Positions 11,572 through 19,792 of a stretch of DNA of 64,000 nt are shown here, one piece after another. The translations under genes were made by a program, and so were the position numbers. The notes under the pieces are model-generated. The model saw only the letters and a program-made list of their open reading frames with translations, was not told the DNA's origin and searched no databases. Location: NCBI GenBank assembly GCA_042408215.1, contig JAYFMW010000005.1:352001-416000 (forward strand). The letters run 5' to 3'. The first letter of the stretch is position 1. Every line of letters begins with the position of its first letter. This stretch comes from Microcoleus sp. Its GTDB lineage: Bacteria; Cyanobacteriota; Cyanobacteriia; Cyanobacteriales; Microcoleaceae.

Positions 11572-11898
11572 GGTTGATTAACAGTCAGACTTTTTCTGAC
11601 ATTTGCTAACAATCACTTACATTGGCCCGAGGTCTTTATGGCACTGTAGAATGAATTTAGCCGCTCGGATTTAGGTGAAAAACCTTGGTAGTAAGCAACC
11701 TCTATCTAAATAAGTTGCCTCTACAGTATCAAAGCAAATAAAATCAAGATTGGCTAAATGCGGTCACGCGAAAACCAAGCTGAACGCTCATAGTACAAGT
11801 GCTTGTAGAGATTTCTACGGGCATTGGTTGATACGCCTTAGTTGAGAACTGAGCTCAACTTATGTATTTGTTAGCAAACGTTAGCAAAAAAGTATCGG
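11572..11898 (+). mobile_element. Non-autonomous IS607-derived element, 327 bp, copy 1
   Basis: Matches 18534..18860 except for 1 nt; bounded by GG; starts GGTTGA; last ~100 nt homologous to the right end of the IS607 at 15943..17689. Confidence 0.88.
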
Positions 11899-11942
11899 TA
11901 ACAATCAAGAGCAAAAATCAGCGAAAAGTAATTAAGGATGCC

Positions 11943-13100
11943 ATGTCACTTTCAACTGCACAACCCGCTCTCCTAGTCCTGGCTGATGGTACTGCTTACC
12001 GCGGCTGGTCCTTTGGCGCTGACGCCACCGTCGTCGGCGAAGTAGTATTCAATACTGGGATGACGGGCTATCAAGAAGTCTTGACCGATCCCAGTTATTC
12101 GGGACAAATCGTAACTTTTACTTATCCAGAATTGGGTAATACCGGGGTAAATCTCGAAGATGAAGAGTCTTCGCACCCCCATATTCGAGCAGCGATCGCT
12201 CGTAATGTATGCAGTCGCCCTAGCAACTGGCGATCGTCCCAATCTCTGCAAAACTACCTCAAACACTACAATATCCCAGGAATTTACGGCATCGACACCC
12301 GCGCCCTGACTCGCAAAATTCGCACGGTGGGAGCAATCAACGGTGGTATTTCTACCTCGATTCTCGACCCTGCTGAGCTTTTGGAGCAAGTACAAGACGC
12401 GCCCAGCATGGACGGGCTGAATCTTGTCCGGGAAGTCACCACCCGCGAGGTTTATGAGTGGTCTGAAGCCACAGAATCGGTTTGGGAATTTAGTCCGACA
12501 GTCAAACCAGCCAAGGGTGAAATGTGGACAGTAGTGGCGATCGATTTTGGGATCAAGCGCAATATCCTGCGGCGTTTGGCCAGTTATGGCTGTCGGGTAA
12601 TTGTTGTCCCCGCTGACACAACGCCAGAGGAAATCCTCAAGTACAACCCGGATGGCATTTTTCTCTCCAACGGCCCTGGAGACCCCTCGGCGGTAACGGA
12701 AGGGATTGAGACTGCGAAAGCTTTGTTGAAGTCGGACAAACCTGTGTTCGGTATCTGCATGGGACACCAAATTTTGGGACTTTCCTTGGGTGCGGAAACT
12801 TTTAAACTCAAGTTTGGCCACCGGGGATTGAATCACCCGGCCGGTTTAACTCAGCAGGTGGAAATTACTAGCCAAAATCACGGTTTTGCGATCGACCCCG
12901 ATTCGCTAGTTCCCGAACTAGAAATTACTCACCTCAACTTGAACGATCGCACCGTAGCAGGATTGAAGCACAAAACCCAGCCCCTGTTCTCAGTCCAGTA
13001 CCACCCCGAAGCCAGCCCCGGCCCCCATGATGCCGACTATTTGTTCGATCGATTCGTCCAGTCGATGCGAGAAAATCAGAAAGTAGTCATTAGTCAGTAG
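11943..13100 (+). CDS. carA: Carbamoyl-phosphate synthase small subunit
   Basis: [28 protein letters not shown] and QYHPE; true start 11943 because the ORF-track extension runs into the mobile element. Confidence 0.97.
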   Translation: MSLSTAQPALLVLADGTAYRGWSFGADATVVGEVVFNTGMTGYQEVLTDPSYSGQIVTFTYPELGNTGVNLEDEESSHPHIRAAIARNVCSRPSNWRSSQSLQNYLKHYNIPGIYGIDTRALTRKIRTVGAINGGISTSILDPAELLEQVQDAPSMDGLNLVREVTTREVYEWSEATESVWEFSPTVKPAKGEMWTVVAIDFGIKRNILRRLASYGCRVIVVPADTTPEEILKYNPDGIFLSNGPGDPSAVTEGIETAKALLKSDKPVFGICMGHQILGLSLGAETFKLKFGHRGLNHPAGLTQQVEITSQNHGFAIDPDSLVPELEITHLNLNDRTVAGLKHKTQPLFSVQYHPEASPGPHDADYLFDRFVQSMRENQKVVISQ

Positions 13101-13288
13101 TCATTGGTCAATAGTCAGCGGTCATTATCCTAGCAAGCTGTTTGTGCAGATAACCGATCGCCAATAACCAATAACTAATGACTAATGACCAATGACTAAT
13201 GACCAATAACTAAAAACAGTAGACAAAAAGCCAAAAATATCGTATAATGAATCCTCGACTTTAAGCAATATCTAGCTAGGAGGGTGTC

Positions 13289-13657
13289 ATTTCTGAGTCA
13301 TTGACCCTGACCGTTAGCCTCAGAGGCACTCGCGAAGTCAGGAATAACTATCAGCTATTTCGCCTGACGGGCCTACTGGACGCTTTTTCCGAAGCAACTT
13401 TTCGGAAGGTACTGACCAAATGTATCGACGACGGCCCAAAACACGTAATTTTGGACTTGTCTAAAATTGACTTTGTGGATAGTTCAGGCTTGGGTGCACT
13501 TGTGCAACTTGTCAAAAAAGCCCAAAGTTTGGAGGGGACATTGCAAATTGTTTCCAATCCCCGCGTAACTCAGACTGTTAAACTGGTTCGCTTAGAGAAA
13601 TTTTTGTCTTTGCAGCTGAGTGTGGATGCGGCCGTAAACAACGTCAAGGATGCTTGA
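13289..13657 (+). CDS. STAS-domain anti-sigma factor antagonist (start ATT 13289 or TTG 13301)
   Basis: DLSKIDFVDSSGLGAL motif; AGGAGG at 13278. Confidence 0.88.
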   Translation: MSESLTLTVSLRGTREVRNNYQLFRLTGLLDAFSEATFRKVLTKCIDDGPKHVILDLSKIDFVDSSGLGALVQLVKKAQSLEGTLQIVSNPRVTQTVKLVRLEKFLSLQLSVDAAVNNVKDA

Positions 13658-13812
13658 CGCCAAAGTTGATTAAATTCGCTATCCGGTTCTCAACGCTGGA
13701 TAGCAAATTTTTATGTTGGTGCTGGTAAAAAAGTATCGCTATAATTAATCAAGTGATGAACTAACTAAGTGACTTGACAAACCAAGCTGTGCGGAATTTT
13801 TATTAAAAAAGT

Positions 13813-14268
13813 ATGTCGCCGATCGCAGATGACCAGCCAAAGCTGAGTCTCATTGATATCAGTTTAAATCGATTACATCCTGGGATGGCGACATCAGCAG
13901 AAATAGAAAGGCTTTCGCCAGCAGCGTGGGCGTATTTGGGAGATGCAGTGTACGAACTCCATGTTCGGAGTTCGTACCTAGTGCCGCCCAAAAAAATGCA
14001 AGCTTATCACGAATTGGTGGTGGGACAAGTACGAGCCGAAACTCAAGCGCGTCACTTGCGATCGATCTCTCCCCACCTGAACAGCACAGAATTAGCAATT
14101 GTCAAGCGCGGCCGCAATGCCGCCGCCGGCCGTTCCAAACGAGCCGATCCCGATTTATATCAGCAAGCAAGCAGCTTAGAAACCTTGGTGGGATACTTAT
14201 ACCTCACCAATCCAGAAAGATTAAGGCAACTTCTGGCACTTTTAGAACTTGACACTCAAACAATTTAG
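13813..14268 (+). CDS. mrnC: Mini-ribonuclease III
   Basis: AYLGDAVYEL, KRGRNA and LETLVGYLYL; upstream of rlmB. Confidence 0.85.
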   Translation: MSPIADDQPKLSLIDISLNRLHPGMATSAEIERLSPAAWAYLGDAVYELHVRSSYLVPPKKMQAYHELVVGQVRAETQARHLRSISPHLNSTELAIVKRGRNAAAGRSKRADPDLYQQASSLETLVGYLYLTNPERLRQLLALLELDTQTI

Positions 14269-14409
14269 CAGTAGCCAGTTGTGCACCTCGATCGATTAAA
14301 AACTCCAGCACAGCCAACCTCAAAAAACCTTGCGGTAGATTGGGAGTTACTCCCGAACCGCCAGAAACATAACTATTCCCGAAGCAACTCACTCCTCGAT
14401 CGTCAAAAA

Positions 14410-15948
14410 ATGAGAAAATTTCCTAAACCAAACCCCCAACGTCAACAGCGCGACAGCAAGCCCTTCAAAAGCGAGAGCCGCGATGATGACTCCAGACCGT
14501 CTCTGCGTTTTGAACGGAAGCCCCGTCCCGATACTCGCGGCGTCGCCGGGCCTCAAAAGCGATCGTCCTTCGCCCCCCAATCCCAAGAAATGCCCGTGCG
14601 AGCAATTTTTAAACGCAGTGTTCAACCCGACAGCCAACCGGAACTGCGAAAAAATAATCATTTCAGAGACAGAGACAGAGACAGAGACAGCAGCCCCCAG
14701 GAATCTCGCGGCAATCATTTCAGAGACAGAGACAGCAGCCCCCAGGAATCTCGCGGCAATCATTTCAGAGACAGAGACAGCAGCCCCCAGGAATCTCGCG
14801 GCAATCATTTCAGAGACAGAGACAGCAGCCCCCAGGAATATCGCGGCAATCATTTCAGAGACAGAGACAGCAGCCCCCAGGAATATCGCGGCAATCATTT
14901 CAGCAACAGAGACAGCAGCCCCCAGGAATCTCGCGGCAATCATTTCAGAGACAGAGACAGCAGCCCCCAGGAATCTCGCGGCAATCATTTCAGCAACAGA
15001 GACAGCAGCCCACAGGAATCTCGCGGCAATTCTTACAAAAACAGAGACAGCAGCCCCCAGGAATCTCGCGGCAATCATTTCAGCAACAGAGACAGCAGCC
15101 CCCAGGAATCTCGCGGCAATTATTACAAAAACAGAGACAGTCGCCCGGTTGAGAATGCGAACACTACCGTCGTCCAAGCAGAAGCAGACACAGACATGAT
15201 TTACGGCCGCCATGCAGTGCAGGCCGCTTTAGAAGCAAACCAAGTGCTCAACCGGATCTGGGTTGTGCCACATCTGCGCTACGATCCCCGCTTTCACAGC
15301 TTGCTAACCGAAGCTAAATCCAACGGTAGCATCATTGACGAAGTGGACGATTTGCGCCTCGACTACATCACGCGCAAGGCCAACCACCAAGGTGTCGCCG
15401 CTCAAGTATCAGCCTACGAATACCTCGATTTGAGCGAACTAATCGCCAAGGCTAAATCTGCTTGCGAACATCCCGTACTCGTAGTAGCAGAAGGACTCAA
15501 CGATCCCCACAATTTAGGGGCGATTATTCGCACCGCAGAAGCATTAGGCACTCAGGGCGTAGTGATCCCGCAGCGGCGAGCCGTTGGGATTACGTCTGCG
15601 GTGAGAAAAGTGGCAGCAGGGGCATTGGAAAGCCTGCCAGTGGCTAGGGTTGTCAATCTCAGCCGCGCTTTGGAAGAATTGAAAGAGGCTGGATTTTGGA
15701 TTTACGGCACTGCTGCTGATGCCGGTCAATCGGTAGAGACAGTCAATTTCTCCGGTCCCACTGTTTTAGTTGTGGGCGGTGAATCTGACGGTTTGAGCCT
15801 TTTGATACAGCGCGGCTGTGACGGATTAGTTTCAATTCCACTCAGGGGCAAAACTCCTAGCCTGAATGTGTCCGTAGCAACGGGCATGGCTTTGTACGAA
15901 ATTTACCGCCAACGCGGGCCCAAGAAATTTCACGTACACGGAGGTTGA
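14410..15948 (+). CDS. rlmB: 23S rRNA G2251 2'-O-methyltransferase (TrmH/SpoU family) with a long repetitive N-terminus
   Basis: [23 protein letters not shown] and SLNVSVA motifs. Confidence 0.92.
   Translation: MRKFPKPNPQRQQRDSKPFKSESRDDDSRPSLRFERKPRPDTRGVAGPQKRSSFAPQSQEMPVRAIFKRSVQPDSQPELRKNNHFRDRDRDRDSSPQESRGNHFRDRDSSPQESRGNHFRDRDSSPQESRGNHFRDRDSSPQEYRGNHFRDRDSSPQEYRGNHFSNRDSSPQESRGNHFRDRDSSPQESRGNHFSNRDSSPQESRGNSYKNRDSSPQESRGNHFSNRDSSPQESRGNYYKNRDSRPVENANTTVVQAEADTDMIYGRHAVQAALEANQVLNRIWVVPHLRYDPRFHSLLTEAKSNGSIIDEVDDLRLDYITRKANHQGVAAQVSAYEYLDLSELIAKAKSACEHPVLVVAEGLNDPHNLGAIIRTAEALGTQGVVIPQRRAVGITSAVRKVAAGALESLPVARVVNLSRALEELKEAGFWIYGTAADAGQSVETVNFSGPTVLVVGGESDGLSLLIQRGCDGLVSIPLRGKTPSLNVSVATGMALYEIYRQRGPKKFHVHGG
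14656..15143 (+). repeat. Coding tandem repeat, 45-bp unit, ten full copies plus a partial ([15 protein letters not shown])
   Basis: Contiguous units AATCATTTCAGAGACAGAGACAGCAGCCCCCAGGAATCTCGCGGC with minor variants. Confidence 0.95.
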
Positions 15949-16011
15949 CATACAGTGGTCAATTCTCTAACAATCATTCACATATGCTACCAGATGTGAG
16001 AGCGTTAGTGA

Positions 16012-16587
16012 ATGGCATACATACCGCTTAGAAAAGCAGTCGAATTTCTAGGCTTGCATCCAAACACGTTAAGGAAATACGCAGATGAAGGGCAGATTAA
16101 ATCAATCAAAAATGGAGCAGGGCAACGCCTTTACGACGTTGAGTCTTACCAAAAAGATGGAAGCATCTGCTCAGTCATCTGCTACTGCCGAGTCAGTAGT
16201 GCCAAGCAAAAAGACGACCTTGCTAGACAAGTCGAGTTCATGCAACAGCGATACCCCGACTCGGAAATCATCCAAGACATCGGCTCTGGACTTAACTTCA
16301 AAAGAAAAGGACTGCAAGCCTTACTGGTCAGATTTATGCGCGGAGATCAGCTCACGATTGTTGTTGCCTGTAGAGACAGGCTCTGCCGATTTGGATTTGA
16401 ACTTTTCGAGTTCATGGCAAAACAAAACGGTGGAGAAATCGTGGTTCTCTCAAATCCTGTTCACTGCCCAGAATCCGAACTTACAGCCGATCTTCTTGCC
16501 ATCCTTCACGTCTTTAGTTGCCGAATGCACGGACTCAGGAGCTACCGCCAGAAAATCAAAGAAGATCCGACTATTCCTAAGCCCTGA
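16012..16587 (+). CDS. tnpA: IS607 serine recombinase transposase (N-terminal MerR-like HTH)
   Basis: HPNTLRKY HTH, YCRVSS, DIGSGLNFKRKGL, DRLCRFGF and ELTADL. Confidence 0.95.
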   Translation: MAYIPLRKAVEFLGLHPNTLRKYADEGQIKSIKNGAGQRLYDVESYQKDGSICSVICYCRVSSAKQKDDLARQVEFMQQRYPDSEIIQDIGSGLNFKRKGLQALLVRFMRGDQLTIVVACRDRLCRFGFELFEFMAKQNGGEIVVLSNPVHCPESELTADLLAILHVFSCRMHGLRSYRQKIKEDPTIPKP

Positions 16588-17665
16588 GCAAAAAGCAATA
16601 CTCAAACAATGCTTTGGAGTTAGTCGTTACGTCTACAACACAACTATCAAATACTTGCAGCAACCAGACACTAAAGCCAATTGGATGTCAATCAAAACGG
16701 ACATACTTAATGGATTACCTGATTGGGCAAAGCCTGTACCATTTCAAATTAAATCTATTGCCATTAAAGATGCTTGCACGGCTGTCAAAAAAGCCCAAGC
16801 AGATTTCAATAAAACTGGCAAAATTTGGAGCGGCAAATTTCGCAGTCGCAAAGACACAAAACAGTCTCTTTATATTCCGAAGTCTGCCCTTGGGGCGAAA
16901 GGAATTTATCATACAAAATTGGGTCAGTCAAAGCTGAAAGAGGCATTACCCAAAGGCTTCAGTGATGGACGATTGACCCTTGCCTATGGCGAGTATTACA
17001 TTGTTGTATCTGAAGAAGTGCAACCACGTCAGACCGATAACCAAGGTCGCGTGGTTGCCTTAGACCCCGGTGTTAGAACGTTCATGACTTTCTTTTCTGA
17101 GTCATCCTATGGATGGCTTGGGAATGATTCTAATCTTTGGATTCAAAAGTTTTGTTTCAGGTTGGACAAGTTGATCTCAAGGATGAGTAAAACGAATAGC
17201 CCGCAACGCAAAAGACTCAAAAAAGCAGCGGACAGATTAAAGTCTAAGATTCAACATCTTGTCAAAGAGTTGCATCACAAGACTGCTAAGTTTTTAGTTG
17301 ATAATTTTGACGTGATATTACTTCCATCGTTTGAGTCTTCTCAGATGGTGAGCAAGTCACGTCGCAAGATTCGCTCTAAAACTGTTCGTCAAATGCTTAC
17401 TCTGAGTCATTATCAGTTCAAAAAGCATCTAGAGTGGAAAGCTTGGGAGCAAGGCAAAGTTGCTTTAACTTCTATCAACGAAGCTTACACTTCAAAGACT
17501 GTTTCATGGACTGGAGAAATCAAAAAGATTGGTGGTAGCAGAACGATTAAAGATTCTGATGGAAATCAGATGAACCGGGATCTAAATGGTGCTCGTGGGA
17601 TTTTCCTTCGGGCATCGGTTGATACGCCTTGGTTGAGATCGAATCTCAACTTATGTATTTGTTAG
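16085..17665 (+). CDS. tnpB: IS607 TnpB with Fanzor-like rearranged RuvC (start uncertain; frame overlaps tnpA)
   Basis: KIRLF...VSRYVYN, ALDPGVRTF, ILLP at RuvC-II, NEAYTSKT and RDLNGARGI. Confidence 0.9.
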   Translation: MKGRLNQSKMEQGNAFTTLSLTKKMEASAQSSATAESVVPSKKTTLLDKSSSCNSDTPTRKSSKTSALDLTSKEKDCKPYWSDLCAEISSRLLLPVETGSADLDLNFSSSWQNKTVEKSWFSQILFTAQNPNLQPIFLPSFTSLVAECTDSGATARKSKKIRLFLSPEQKAILKQCFGVSRYVYNTTIKYLQQPDTKANWMSIKTDILNGLPDWAKPVPFQIKSIAIKDACTAVKKAQADFNKTGKIWSGKFRSRKDTKQSLYIPKSALGAKGIYHTKLGQSKLKEALPKGFSDGRLTLAYGEYYIVVSEEVQPRQTDNQGRVVALDPGVRTFMTFFSESSYGWLGNDSNLWIQKFCFRLDKLISRMSKTNSPQRKRLKKAADRLKSKIQHLVKELHHKTAKFLVDNFDVILLPSFESSQMVSKSRRKIRSKTVRQMLTLSHYQFKKHLEWKAWEQGKVALTSINEAYTSKTVSWTGEIKKIGGSRTIKDSDGNQMNRDLNGARGIFLRASVDTPWLRSNLNLCIC

Positions 17666-17689
17666 TGAAAGTTAACGAAAAAGTATCGG
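17588..17689 (+). ncRNA. Predicted TnpB omegaRNA (right-end RNA) scaffold; guide predicted 3' of 17689
   Basis: Hairpins GGTTGAGAT/ATCTCAACT and TTTGTTAGT-GAAA-GTTAACGAA covary with the mini copies; GATAC can pair with terminal GTATC. Confidence 0.65.
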
Positions 17690-17766
17690 TTGAAGCTGTA
17701 AATAACTAAGGCGTAGGCTTGGCCTGCATCACTCTGGAAAAAACGTCAAATACATTACAAAAGCAC

Positions 17767-18124
17767 GTCAGTAACTCCGCCTTAAAGGGACTGAGCTTGC
17801 ACTTCGACTCCGCGAGCGTGACCGTTGAGTTTCGTCAAGCTATACTGACCAGCTATCGTCTTAACTGACTCCGTTATTTGAGTCACGACACTCCTTGAAT
17901 GCGACGCTAGTTTTGGGCTCAGTCATCTGCAATTAAACAGTTCTCAAGTCACGCTTTACAGTGTTGCAGGTTGAAAAAGCTCTTATAACAAAGGCGCGCG
18001 CGAAAATTACCCGCAAGGGATTCGGAGACAACCAGATCTCCACTCTGGGGCAATCATACCCCTCCACCCCCACCAGGGGAATCACTCTTGACTGAAGTCC
18101 CCCTGAGAGTTTCTCTCTCTTTCT
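17767..18124 (+). mobile_element. Non-autonomous IscB-type element carrying an orphan HEARO/omegaRNA
   Basis: P1 GTCAGTA/TACTGAC-CAG; CGTTA, GTCACGACAC, TAAACA, AGTG, AAGC..TAAC and ATTACC blocks in the same order as the iscB leader; right-end hairpin CTCTTGACTGAAGTC..GAGAG. Confidence 0.75.
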
Positions 18125-18162
18125 CTGAAGCCTCTGAGTTTCCCACTTACCGAACTTTTTTT

Positions 18163-18441
18163 ATGAAAGAACTCTTGATTAGCTTACTCAACTTTTTCGG
18201 ATTGGCTTGGTGGGTTGAAGTTAAAACTTCAACGCCGCGGTGCATTTACTATTTTGGCCCGTTCATGAGGGCTAAAGAGGCGGAAGCTGCAAAAGCAGGA
18301 TATATAGAAGACATCGAAAATGAAGGTGCTCAAGGTATTAAGGTTTTGATTCAACGCTGCAAACCGATTGATTTGACGGTTGCAGAAGATTTGGGAAAGC
18401 TTGGTGACGGAGGGATGTTGCCTGTTTTTAGCGGCCAGTAG
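18163..18441 (+). CDS. DUF1816-like cyanobacterial protein
   Basis: WWVEV.T..P.C.YYFGPF motif. Confidence 0.8.
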   Translation: MKELLISLLNFFGLAWWVEVKTSTPRCIYYFGPFMRAKEAEAAKAGYIEDIENEGAQGIKVLIQRCKPIDLTVAEDLGKLGDGGMLPVFSGQ

Positions 18442-18533
18442 CGATGGTCGAGCAGAAGTTTTGAGTTTTGAGTGAGCGAGTTTTGATTTTTAAATTCAAA
18501 ACTATTGACTTTTGGGCGATTAGTTGCTTCGGG

Positions 18534-18860
18534 GGTTGATTAACAGTCAGACTTTTTCTGACATTTGCTAACAATCACTTACATTGGCCCGAGGTCTTTA
18601 TGGCACTGTAGAATGAATTTAGCCGCTCGGATTTAGGTGAAAAACCTTGGTAGTAAGCAACCTCTATCTAAATAAGTTGCCTCTACAGTATCAAAGCAAA
18701 TAAAATCAAGATTGGCTAAATGCGGTCACGCGAAAACCAAGCTGAACGCTCATAGTACAAGTGCTTGTAGAGATTTCTACGGGCATTGGTTGATACGCCT
18801 TAGTTGAGAACTGAGCTCAACTTATGTATTTGTTAGCAAACGTTAGCAAAAAAGGATCGG
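18534..18860 (+). mobile_element. Non-autonomous IS607-derived element, 327 bp, copy 2
   Basis: Same sequence as 11572..11898 but ending GGATCGG instead of GTATCGG. Confidence 0.88.
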
Positions 18861-18870
18861 AACTCAAAAC

Positions 18871-19707
18871 TTAAGACTCGTAATTCCCAACTACCTGCGG
18901 GAGGGTATCGATCCATCGATCGATGTCTGCGAGTACCCGATCGGGAATTTCCCAGGGGAACAAGTGGGCTGTATTGGGATAGCACTGCCACTGACTGTTG
19001 TGGAGGTGGCGGGCTGTTTCTAAGCTCGATTGTGAGGTGATGTGCCGATCGGCCTCTCCGGCCAGCACTAAGCAGGGACAATGAATGTCGCCGAGGTGGG
19101 CAAGCCGATCGTATCGGGCCCTCAGAGCGGTATTTAGGGCCTTGGTAGCCCTGCGGTCGGTCTGTAGGTAGGCGGGGGTACCGGCGGCGGCTAGGTAGCG
19201 GTAAGGGGTGGCTGTATGCTGCTGTATCAAGTAGCGAAAGAGCGATCGCTTGCCAAAAGTATCAATATTCCACTGCCACCCCGGTATCGCCCAATTGATA
19301 ATTCCGGCTAAACCGGTGTATAGGTGATCTGGCCAAGAGATGGGAGGGTGACTTCCTGTTGGTTTGGCGGCGGACGCGAGTAGAATCAAACCTGTGACTC
19401 GCTGGGGATATTTCATGGCTAATTCGAGGGCTAAAATCCCTCCTAAAGACCATCCGATTACCAAACATCGATCGATTCCAAATCGATCGAGAAGTGCTTC
19501 TAGATCGAGGAGGTGGTCGGTCATTTCAAAGGGGACAGAGGTGCGGCTGTTGCCGTATCCGCGTAAGTCTGGGGCGATCGTTTGGAAGCGTTTTGATAGG
19601 TGTTCTGTGAAGACGGACATACAGTAGCCGGAACCTGGATGGCCGTGCAAGCAGAGAATGGGAAATCCTGTTCCTTTGACAGAAACGCTGAGTTTTGTGT
19701 GTGGCAT
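18871..19707 (-). CDS. Alpha/beta fold hydrolase
   Basis: LHGHPG, PDLRGYG, GWSLGG and AHLFPWE. Confidence 0.9.
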   Translation of the reverse strand: MPHTKLSVSVKGTGFPILCLHGHPGSGYCMSVFTEHLSKRFQTIAPDLRGYGNSRTSVPFEMTDHLLDLEALLDRFGIDRCLVIGWSLGGILALELAMKYPQRVTGLILLASAAKPTGSHPPISWPDHLYTGLAGIINWAIPGWQWNIDTFGKRSLFRYLIQQHTATPYRYLAAAGTPAYLQTDRRATKALNTALRARYDRLAHLGDIHCPCLVLAGEADRHITSQSSLETARHLHNSQWQCYPNTAHLFPWEIPDRVLADIDRWIDTLPQVVGNYES

Positions 19708-19792
19708 TTTCTGATTACTGTAATAAGCCCCCGGATTGCTCCGTGGGGTTGCTTTCTTCAATTCTTCAATTCTCCAATCTCAAGTCTAAAAT

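Larger units (their letters stand above)
15943..17689 (+). mobile_element. Complete IS607-family element (serine recombinase tnpA + tnpB)
   Basis: GG at both ends; ends homologous to the 327-bp minis; tnpA and tnpB inside. Confidence 0.92.

Noticed and set aside
11572..11898. Group I intron (IStron) in the IS607 minis
   Set aside because: No recognisable P7 or J8/7 core motifs, and both copies are intergenic; a covariance search would be needed to exclude it fully
11862..11942. N-terminal extension of CarA
   Set aside because: It starts inside the mobile element's right end
14656..15143. CRISPR array
   Set aside because: Units are contiguous with no unique spacers, are in-frame within rlmB, and no cas genes are present
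14389..15213. Long alternative-frame ORFs (274 aa minus, 238 aa plus)
   Set aside because: By-products of a stop-free 45-bp repeat
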